A stretch of DNA of 64,000 nt from Marsupella aquatica (taxonomy: Eukaryota; Plantae; Marchantiophyta), in assembly GCA_973895155.1 (NCBI GenBank), contig OZ316892.1, positions 9,342,283 through 9,406,282 of the forward strand. Reading direction: 5' to 3'. Every line of letters begins with the position of its first letter. The stretch's first letter is position 1. Positions 54,188 to 64,000 of the stretch are shown in pieces. The notes below the pieces were generated by a model that made no database searches, was not told the origin of the DNA, and saw only the letters and a program-made list of their open reading frames with translations. Position numbers and translations under genes: made by a program.

Positions 54188-54623
54188 ATGACAGGTACCC
54201 TGTTGGGGGTGGCTACTGCCATGGTAAGCACCCCATTATTTTCAGCGACAGACATGCTGAACTTGGGAGTTGGTCTTGCAAAAGTGTTCAGATTGGCAAC
54301 TATAATCTGTGAGGACACTCCAATGGTTGCTTCCCATGCAGAAGCAGCTTGTAGTGTTGAAGCAGTGAAGACCATGCCACCTACTACTACTAGTGAGACA
54401 CGGCATGCAGCAACAGCGAGGTTGGTGGATTTACCAGCACGCCCTTCATTTGAGAGGACTAGGTTTAAACCTAGTGTTGTATCATTGGATAATCGGAGTG
54501 GCATCTTCCGATTAGTTGGGCCTTCTGGAGCAGTATACCAGCCAGAGAGGGTGTTACTGGATACTGGTGCTCAGCCCTTGATGTTGGGAAAGTTTGTCAT
54601 ATGTGGATTTGACAGCCTTAGTG

Positions 54624-54950
54624 GTGGATGATATTTTGGATCCAGGGCATCGTGCACAGGGTGTGACCCAACCTGATAGACCTCCATTGGCAATGGTCAA
54701 TGCAGTTGGGCGCCCACATTGTGCATTACCCACTCTTGTAAGCCACTCTGCTTCATAAGGATTCAGAGCAGGTGGCCCTGGACTTGTGTGGGACACAACT
54801 CTCCAATAGTTAGTGGAACCTACTGCTGATGAGAGAGAGCGTGCTATGGGATTTTTGACTAGCACCACTGCAGTTGCCTCTGTGTCAGAGGGTTTGTGGC
54901 TCCAGGTTCTTGGTCAAGCAATGGACCTGAATTGTTTGACTTGGATTATC
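54624..54950 (+). pseudogene. C-terminal remnant of a C5-cytosine DNA methyltransferase (motifs IX-X) within Gypsy pol
   Basis: VDDILDPG..ALPTLVS..GPGLVWD..EPTADERERAMGF (motif IX-like) ..SE..QVLGQAMDLNCL (motif X-like), between protease and RT. Two in-frame stops. Motifs I-VIII not seen. Confidence 0.6.
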
Positions 54951-56071
54951 AGCTTGGGAGTAGCTGAACAGTTGCGGATGCGCTCTGCTAGAATTACTGA
55001 TTGTCCCTTGGTGAGCTTGCGGTCCACTAAGATAGTACTGACCACAGCTGGGGGCGAGCAGATAGTCCATGGACCTATGGCAGGATTGGCCAAGGCTGGA
55101 CAGATTGTTGAGCAGGAAGGGACTGCTCAATCTACTGCTAAATAGCAATCATTGGCTATCTCTTCTACCCTACAAAGAGATATTAGGGATTTGGTGGAGA
55201 GTTGGGAATCACAGCTTGGCCCTAAGTTGACAAGGGAGGAGAGACGTCGCATGCATCGATTCCTAAAGAGTTACTGGAATTGTTTTGCATTTAGCATGAA
55301 GGATTTGGGGACTTTAAAGGGTCATAGTATTCAGATTGAATTGGCTAGTGATGCGCCAATCTTTCGTAGGCCATACTGTTATAGCTAGTGACATGGAGAG
55401 AGCTCTGATTCAAAGCAGAACTCAAGATTTGTTGGAGGCTGGATTGGTGGAGATTTCATATGGGGAGTATGCATCTGCCATAGTGATGTCAGCCAAGAAG
55501 GATGTGCATGGCAATTACACAGATAGGCGCATGTGTGGTGATTATAGACCCATTAATCGCCAAACAAAATCTGATAGATATGCCATGCCCACACCTGAGG
55601 AGATCTTTGATGCTGTGGGGCATGCAAAGGTTTTCAGTTCATTGGATCTAAGGGCAGGGTACCATCAGCTTCCAATTAGACATGCTGACAGGTCCAAGAC
55701 AACATTCTGGGGGATTGATTTTTATGGCAAAGATCGTTTGTATCAGTGAACAAGAAGCCTTAAAGGATGAGTCCAAGGCCCGAATTCTCTTTTCCAGATT
55801 TTCGTGATTTTCCAAAAAGTGATCAAAAAACAGCACATAAAAACATTACTTTTTTTATGAATTATGCTATTCTAATTATTTTAATGAAAATGATGTGATA
55901 TTGAAGACTTCATTTTCACACTTAGTATGTAATCCAAACTCCACACTTAATAACAAACATGAAATACATAGTCTTTGATTTGAGTTTATGCAAATACAAA
56001 TATCAAGTAGAATGATACTACCAATCTGAGTTCTAGCATCTAAGTCCACTCAATTTCTAAATGCAACTAAA

Positions 56072-59000
56072 CTAATCTAATGCTTCTCCAGCCTCCTCTC
56101 CACTTCCAGAAGCTCCTTCCATCAATCCTAGCCCAACAGTTACACCTTCTGTTGCACCCTCTATGGTGGTGTGCTCAATGTCCTCCTCATCCATGTCAAT
56201 CTCTCCCTGACCATCTTCCTCTTCAATGTTGTCCACAAGGTTGAGAATCCTCCCCTTCAATACACTACTTTGTCGTTCATCAATCTCAACCGCTACGCAA
56301 TGTCTTCCTGTTGCAAGAGAGGATGCCATTCCAGTACCAGATCCAGAACAAATATCTAGCACCCAATCACCCACCTAACTGAAATGGGTCACTTCCCAAT
56401 CCAACAACACCTGGGGTTTCTGATAGACATTCATTGCCTTGTTATCACCATTGTGTTTTAGCTTGTTTGTAACCGCTGGGCACACAACCACGTTATTTCG
56501 AGACTCATTAGTGTCAAAATTAAAGTGCTCCAAGGAGCGTTTACCGTCTTGGCTATGAAAGCCAATAGTAAAACACTCAAAGTTGTTGTTGAGTCTCGGG
56601 CCTCCAGCATTCTTCACATTATCCTTAACCCTGCAAATTAGCAAACATTTTTTGTTAAAGTCTTCTCTTTTGAAAAAAGGGTTCATGAAATCATGAACAT
56701 ATCAAACCAAATCTAGTTAACCAATTATTTGTCTTACCAAACACAGTTCTGAAAACCACCATTACACTCGGCCTTCAACACTGTCTTCACAGCATCATAT
56801 TGGTCAATACTATGGTGGATGATAATACGCCAGAGCTTTGCATTTGACGCCACCTTGAAACTCTGGACCATCTTTGTGATCTCTTGAATTCCCCAGCCCA
56901 CAATATCTTCGTGAAGGCATCCAGCCAAAGCAAACCCGTAAGGAATATCTGCCAGGGCTAATGTATAAGCCCTAGATGGAACGACCTCATGTAATCGCTG
57001 AACATCGTGTGTAAAAATATCGTAGTACACATCACCAAATTCCGGATGCTCAAAAGCATTTGGATGTAATTCACCATCTTGGGTTTGTCGGCTGGATGTC
57101 TTCATTGCAAGCCAATTTTGCGCTTGAACTATGTGCGCATTGAATTTATCAGGGAAGGATTTAAGATCATTGCCTTCATCATTCTCTCCCTTCTTTTTCC
57201 GGGAGGCTGTCTTTTTGCAAGCATTGAAGACAACAATGTTAAATAGTACTAAACTTTAGGCTACAAATTTTGAATTTGAGTGAAAAAGGTGAATCAACTC
57301 ACCCAAGTCTGGAACACAGGAACAAAATTCTTGAGAACATTGTCTGTGCAATGTTCTGGATACTTGATTTTGCAAGCTGACCAAGTTTCCTCGTGGAGAC
57401 ATGTAAGAAAAGCCTTCTGCACTTGCATTTGAAATTTATGTCATTGAAATTCCTACCCCATCTCTTGTAGAGAAAGTTCTTTGGTAAGAACTCTCTGCAA
57501 CACAAGACAAACTATGTCTGGGTCTTTCAAGGCTTGCATGTGTCTCCATTCTATCAATTTCATGTCCTCGAATGGCATCTTGGCATCTCCAGCCTTTGAA
57601 GCCTTCTTCTTAGCCTTGTCTCCTTTTTGCCCTTTGATTTCACAAACTTCCCACTTGTCAAAAATATGTCTTACAAAGGACCAAATAGGATCCTGGCGAA
57701 ATGCTAATTGAAACAGATTATCATTAGCATTTAAAACCTCAGCATCTTTGCGCACACCCCAATCTTTTAGATTGATTTCAGTGGCGCACTCCTTCTTGAA
57801 ATCGTGGTTTGATGATGATCTATTCTCAACAAAGTGCATGTGAATATAATTCACCCTCTGGATTGTGGTCATCTGTTGGCAAAATTCTGAATCTCTGTTG
57901 TGACTCCAAGCTAAGTTCCTGGCTTCCTGGATTGACAAACCGGCAAATATCCAGGATTGCACTCTCCGATAAGACTTGTTGTTGGGGAATTGTAAAGCTA
58001 AATCAGCCTTTGCACAAGCAGAGTGATTACCCCCAATCACATAATAGTGATAAACATTTTTTTTGAGAAGTCAAAGTCTGCCGGAGTCGGACATTCAAGG
58101 GGGTCAACCAACAGGACAAAGGGTGTTGCTAGTGGACTGGCTCCAACTGCCTTCATCCGTGTGGTTAATTGTGTCAAGAAGTATGGCTAGATGTGCCTTA
58201 CTTGATAAACAGGCAACTGAACAGATTTCTCCTGGACTGGTGGGAGAAGTTGACCAATATCAATGGTTATGGTCTCCTCTTGGACTCCACACCTTGACAG
58301 AATCTCTTCCTGGTAAACCACACGAGCATCCATCGACATTGACTGGGCCTTCTGCTCCAAATGAGTTGGAACCTTCTCTAATGTCTGCTTCTTGGTTTTT
58401 GGTGCACTTGGTATAGCACCCTCAGAACTCTCTCTTGGTTGTAGCATGGCCTGATCCACCGGTCAGTGTTGTTCCCTCCTGTGATCTTGCAACGTGTGAG
58501 CCAGCAACTGAAGGTTGGGAAGCAAGAACCATCTTCCTAGTAGGTCCAGAGGTCGGTCGAGATACTGAAGGCTCTGCAGATGGAATAGACCTTGGTGGAC
58601 GTGGAGGTGTTTACAAAAGACAGCAAACAGGAAACAGGATTTAATAACTGAAACTGGTAACAGGAAAAAAAACTGGTAACAGGAAAATGGGTGGAAATTT
58701 TTTTTGAATTTTTTTGCTAGCGCCCGGCGCTGCTAATAGTAGCGCCCAAAGCTAGCCAAAAATGTTGCATGGTTAATTTTTTTTGGAAATAACATGTTTT
58801 AGGAGACATTTTTAAATTATCATTTTTCCTGGTAACAGTGATTTTTTCCTGGTAACAGCAATTTAAAAACAGGAAAAAAATCATGTTTACCTGTTTCCTG
58901 TCTCCGTCGCTATACCCGTGGACGTGTAGTGCTCTTCTCAGCAGCTCTCCGCAATATCTCCTTTGATTTTTGAATAGCCCTCTTTAATGTGCTTGCATGG

Positions 59001-59548
59001 TGCTCAAAGACAAATCTAGCAATGAGCCGAGCTATGTCACAAAATTTCTCTTCTACAGAGAGATCCTTGATTGCCTCAATAACCCCCTCAATATCCTCCT
59101 CTAGGTAACATCTTGCAGCTGTTCCAGAAAATCTCTCAATATCTACCGCAATAAGTGTAGAGGATTCTTTGGTCGTGTTAAGAATTTCATCTCCACGATG
59201 AAACACATCGATCCGCCCATAGTTCACCCAACCCAGGGCACCGGAAGGTAACTTCTCAAAAATGCAAAGCATCAAGAAAGGTTTCTTCCAGGTTTCTGTT
59301 CCCAAAGAAATAGTCCAAGAAGAGTCTCCAAAATCAGTCAAAGGATGTTCATCAAAGATTTCATCTAAGACCTTTTCCTGTGACTTCGGGAGTGCCATAT
59401 CTTCCTGCAATGACAAGGCCAACAAAATCAGGCTACTTGAACTCAACGAATGAACCTTGAGTATAATTTTGGGTTTTTGCTTCATGAAATCATGAAGGCA
59501 GGTTCTCACCTGAAGCTTGATCCCTCCCGACTGGCTCCGCTTCTTCAT
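56072..59548 (-). pseudogene. ParB/Srx-like domain + beta-class N4C/N6A DNA methyltransferase gene (multi-exon, premature stops)
   Basis: ParB-like IGGNHSACA..YRRVQSWIFAGLS..EA..LA..HN (57453-58040). Catalytic motif IV LALADIPY (~56938-56960) precedes NVYQKP.LL and motif I GDWVLDICSGSGTG..GRHCVAVEID (~56280-56375). TAG stops at ~56375 and ~58187. Acidic tail. 5' exon assignment is tentative. Confidence 0.85.
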
Positions 59549-60444
59549 TCTCTTGGCTTCTGCTCCCGAGCCACCACCTTGCAGCTGCCAAAGCAGGCAG
59601 GATCGATCTTGATCCCCAATTGACCCTTACTTCCCCAATCGGCCTTCGACCTCGGCCTTCAATTGATAATGGCCTTTGATTGACCCCAATCAGCCTTTGA
59701 CCTCACCTTTGACCCTCTGACCTCGCTTGGAACTCGGCCTTCGATTGACCTTCAATCGGCCCTCGATTGACCCTCCTTCTGACCTCGGCCTTTGATCGGG
59801 CCTTCGCTTGAACTCGGCCTTCAATCTGGCCTTCGATTCACCTCGGCCTCAATTGGGCCCTCCGACCTCACCCTGCGATTGACCTCGGCCTTCGATCGGG
59901 CCTCCAACCTTTGACCTTCGACCTTCAATCACCCCCTTCGATCACGCCCTCCCACCTTCTATCCCTCCTTCGATCAAACTAAATCTCACGATCTCTTGGT
60001 CTCTTTTTGGATCTCTCGATCCTTTGTGGCTCCCACTCTCGCAGCACTGTATTGCAGTCACTGCACAACACTTTCAGTGCATATCTTAGAACTTTCGCAA
60101 CCCTATCGAAGCAATAATTCAGAGTCAATCGCAGCACTAGTTGGCAGCCAATCAAAGCACTAGTCATTGTAGTCAATCACAACAGTCATTTGCAGCCTTA
60201 TATTGTAGAAGACCTCACCAATTGAATGTGAGAAATAAATGTCGAGCCCTATCTTGGAATGAAAGGCACTCAAAGCACAAACATTCAACCAAATTTGAGG
60301 GTCAAAACAGATCTGAGTACCTCAATCGGCAGCCTCCTTTGCCGAACTCTCTAACTCTATCTCAAATCCCCTGCATCAGACGTCAGCCTCCTTTGCCATA
60401 GCCGAATCACCCATTAGATCACCAAGCACATCACGTTGGACTTT

Positions 60445-63400
60445 CACTACTACATATTGGCCCCTTTTGCGAAGCTTTTTTTTTACGCCGGGATGGTCTT
60501 GCGATGTCATCGACTTCAGATATTTTGTGATCAAACACGCATTACAATAAACCATGCTCAAAGGTTCGCAACATAGTGTTGCGAAGCTAAATACCTCGCA
60601 ATTTGTTTGAGATCGGATTGAATTCGCAACTCTTTCAGATACTATTAGTCTTGCAAAGTATTTGTGGATCCGCGACCATCGCGACTGCATTTGGATCTCT
60701 TTTGTTTCATAATTTAGCGATAATAATGTACTCAAATATATCTTGTGAACCTATTAGCTTCGCACAATATTGTGAAGTATAAGTAGTCGCAAGTTAGTGA
60801 AGCCAGTTGATTCGCAAAGTTGAGAACCCATTGGCATCACAATTACCGATGGTGTGTTATTCACAAAGTGTTCAGAAGTTGCTTCTTGACAAGCTTGAAA
60901 ATGTTTTGCAAAGAGAGTTGTTTGAAAAGTTTGTAGAATGGAAATGTTTGAGAGAGTTTCTTTACAAGATGGAGAATGCATGTGTTTAGGTTACAGCTAG
61001 GGTTTTCAAAAAGGTGGCATGCATGAGGATAGCTTTGGAAACAGCTAGGGTTGCATATATAACAGTGAGATGAAATTTCAAAGTCCAATTAAGTATTTGT
61101 AAAACAAAAGAAGAAAATTAATATGTTAATATAAATAAAACCATGATAGTTAGTTTAGGGTCAAATTCTGGGCCCACAACAAGTTTTACTACTAGTGCAT
61201 CAAACCTGGTCCTCATCCTCTCCTCCATTTGACACAATAATAACATCAGGTTTTTCCGAGATAATGGAACGGGACCGTGGCACATACGGTATAACAACTG
61301 ACCACTCTGGGTCTGGTGGGTACGGAATATAGAAACACTGCTCAAGGTGACTTGGGAATGTAAATGGTTCAAATGTTTGCCAATGAGATGGTTGAAAGCT
61401 AGTTGCTGATGTCTTCAGTTGAGTAAACCCACACTCATCAAGAAGTACCGTGCGATTATCACCAACCAGGTGAATTTTGAACCACTTACACTTGAAGACA
61501 TACTCTTCAAATTTGGAATCGACATCATAGGATATGATCAAGATCTCCTCAATCTTCCCATAGTGAGGCACCACATCTCTGATCACATTAGTGTCATGAT
61601 GGCTACTTTGTGAATCTTGCATGAACTGCCCTTGAACTCCACAATCAAAAGTTCTTCCCCTCTTCTCATCAAGGTCAGAAATCCTGAAATGCCTCCCTTG
61701 TGTCCACATTGCTGTTCTGGTCTGAACAAGTCTTAAAGGACCATGAACAATTGTTTGAACCTCAGGAGTCATATCTGGAAAATGTGATACATTCTCACCT
61801 TGGGCCACCATAGCATCCAACTGAAGTACTTTCTCCTTCATATACTCAAGGAACTTTGGAAAGATCCTTGGGCGACGACTCTCCCTCTTTGCATCCTCAT
61901 AAAACTCTCTCCAATCTTCCATCACATTGCTGTTACTCAACATGAAAGTACTAACCTGTGTCAACTCCACTGCGGTTAGTAAGCGTGTTTTTTTGGCACC
62001 TGTTAAACGGTCCTCCTCCATTTCGCTCTCTTCCATCCAAGTGCGTGGACAACTAGGATCAATGGTAGCTAAGATGTTACTACAATAAAACATACTCTCA
62101 ACTGCCAAGTATCCAGTTGCCATGCTCCCCTCCACTCGTGCACGGTTCAGTACATAAGCCTTTAACAAGGCCATATACCTTTCCAGCCAATACATCCACC
62201 TACAATGCACCGGACCGGCAATGGCAACCTTCCTCACAAGATGAACGAGAAGATGCACCTGACAATCAAAGAAGGAAGGAGGGAGATCATTCTCCAGCTT
62301 GCATACCACCTCTGCTGCCAATACCTCCATCCGTGGTATCTCTTCTTCATATATTTCCTTTGAGCATATCCATCTCAACAAAGTGCCCAGTGACCAAAGG
62401 GCATCTTGCACTTCTTCACTCCCCAAACCTATGATTGCCATAGGAAGTATATGTTGTAGTAAACGATGATAGTCATGTGTCTTGAGATACATTGGCCATT
62501 TATGACTGTCCTCCATCCCAAAAGCCTTACGTAGATTGGCACCATAGCCTGTAGGAAACCGCATCTGCCCTATGCGTTGTCGAAACTCTCTTCTTTCACC
62601 AACACTCAAAACCCATGGAGCTGAAGGACGATGTTCCATCCCTGTGGATTCATCAACTGTTATCCATACATCTGGATGTCGTTCTAGATTCTGGCATGCC
62701 TCCCTAAAATTAATGTTCTTTTCCCCATAAAAGTGCTTGATCAAAGCCTTCCCCATTTCCCTCTATATGCATGGGGTCTAACAAGTGATGAATCTTCAAC
62801 TCAGGCCAATAGGGCAAAGTGGCCAGTATACTCCACCTTGTCAATCCACTACCATAAAATCCCATGGCATCTTCAGGGTCTGCCACCCTATCAGCTATGG
62901 ATTTCCAATACGAAAATGTTGTGCGGTCAGGTATCTCACGCTCATCACCATTGATCATGTCAAAGTCTGAAAACAAAAGGGGGTCAAACCTCATGTGATG
63001 CCCAAGTGGAAGAAACTTGGTATGACCAAGGTAGATTATCTTGTGTAGCCATTTTGAGTACTTGGCCATATCGTGAAGGCTTGGACCACAAGTGGAGCAT
63101 GCCTTGTACCCTTGAGTTTGGAACCCAGAAACAAACCCAAACCCTGCTCACAAAATAACATTCTAAATTAGAGTCAAAGGAATTGAAAAGTTCATGTACA
63201 TAGAATTAAAGAGGGACTTCCTTCCAAACAAACTTGATCTCCAATACATGAAAAAAATACAAATCCATACCACTCACCTAGATAGTCATGCATGGTCCAC
63301 ATAATGATTCCCTTCAATTGGAAGACACGTGGTAACCCTCCTGTAGTTGTCCAACCATCATATGCCCATACACCCCCCCATAATTTATGGAGTTCCCCAA

Positions 63401-64000
63401 CCAAGAGCGCCAAGTAGGTGTCCATGTTTTTTACCTTAGATGGACATGGGATAATCAATGATAGCAATAAGAATCCCTTTTTCATGGACAACCATGGGGG
63501 AAGGTTGTAATTCATAACAACCACCGGCCAAACCAAAGTAGGGCGCCCTTCCCTCCAAGGGAGTGTGGGCTCACCCCATCTGATGCCAACCCCAACCTCA
63601 CATGACGAGGGTCACGTGCAAACTCTGGCCATTGTGACTCCACATGCTTGTGAGCAGGGGAATCAACTGGCAACCGCATGACACCGGCCTCTGATCGATG
63701 TGTCTTATGCCATACCATCAATTCTGCCAAGTCAGAACATTGGTACATGTGCAACAATCGAGGAATAATAGGAAACCAACAAACAGCTTTTCTAGGCACC
63801 TTTGAGGTCAACATGTTGGTTTCATATCAAGGCTCTTGACAAATTGGACACTCAGTTGCGCTGGCATTGGTCTCATGATAGAGAATGCAGTCATTCACAC
63901 AAGCATGAATGATATGGTATTCCATGCCAATGGATCATGATAGAACCCTCTTTGCCTCCTTCCAAGTTCCTGGCAACATATTTTCACTGGGTAACAAGAG
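60445..64000 (-). mobile_element. CACTA/En-Spm element, terminal part (continues beyond the window)
   Basis: CACTACTACA at 60445 followed by dense TCGCA/TGCGA subterminal-type motifs (~60480-60830), ~750 bp past the transposase stop. The other end and TSD cannot be checked. Confidence 0.7.
61200..63980 (-). pseudogene. En/Spm (CACTA) Tnp2-type transposase, frameshifted
   Basis: RHVRLGLASDG, WPVV..NYNLPPW, LDPMHIEGN, LKTHDYH, PPSFFD..VHLLVHL, GPVHCRWMY..ERY and YG.IEEI..FKCKW. Split over ORFs 63512-63814, 63192-63536, 62710-63069 and 61200-62756, with an intron at ~63146-63277. Confidence 0.93.

Larger units (their letters stand above)
49712..55748 (+). mobile_element. 3'-truncated Ty3/Gypsy LTR retrotransposon (candidate 5' LTR 49712-51291, gag, protease, C5-MTase remnant, partial RT)
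   Basis: Candidate LTR TGTTAG...CCAACA followed by a TGG-starting PBS-like site (~51297). Gag FQRKTGESLREAYTRMRR. Zn knuckles CWTCGGDH..YC and CDHCGAPGH..GC. Protease LLDTGA. RT RMCGDYRPIN and FSSLDLRAGYHQL..KTTF, cut after LYQ. Many stops. Confidence 0.85.

Noticed and set aside
61180-61197. TTTTACTACTAGTG as a CACTA right terminus pairing with 60445
   Set aside because: The flanks differ (TTT vs CAT), TIR identity beyond CACTA is weak, and it abuts the transposase stop codon. Probably coincidental.

Overview
Eukaryotic, intron-containing plant DNA, most consistent with a bryophyte or other early-diverging land plant (inferred from gene content, not proven). A small host-gene core (~23.8-48 kb) holds a tiny 3-exon homeodomain gene, a head-to-head NAR2(NRT3)/NRT2 nitrate-uptake pair separated by a non-autonomous Helitron, and a tandem trio of secreted S-protein-homologue-like genes. 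Decayed, nested transposons flank it on both sides. Left: a ~14.5-kb DNA transposon with perfect 22-bp TIRs (1416-15898). It encodes a Sola1/DUF7869-like DDD transposase fused to three En/Spm TnpA-type domains, plus divergent cargo: a ParB-like domain fused to a degenerate beta-class amino-DNA-methyltransferase, and an FCP1-like HAD protein. Right: a Ty3/Gypsy element carrying the C-terminal motifs of a C5-cytosine methyltransferase between protease and RT, a second ParB-like + beta-class N4C/N6A methyltransferase gene with canonical-looking motifs (DIPY / DICSGSG), and a CACTA transposase. Two non-autonomous families with CCC(G/T)GG termini and exact 8-bp TSDs each occur twice. The main candidate novelty is the recurrent, mobile-element-associated ParB-like + amino-methyltransferase module. 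All TE ORFs carry stops or frameshifts. Domain calls rest on motif recognition by eye, with no database search.
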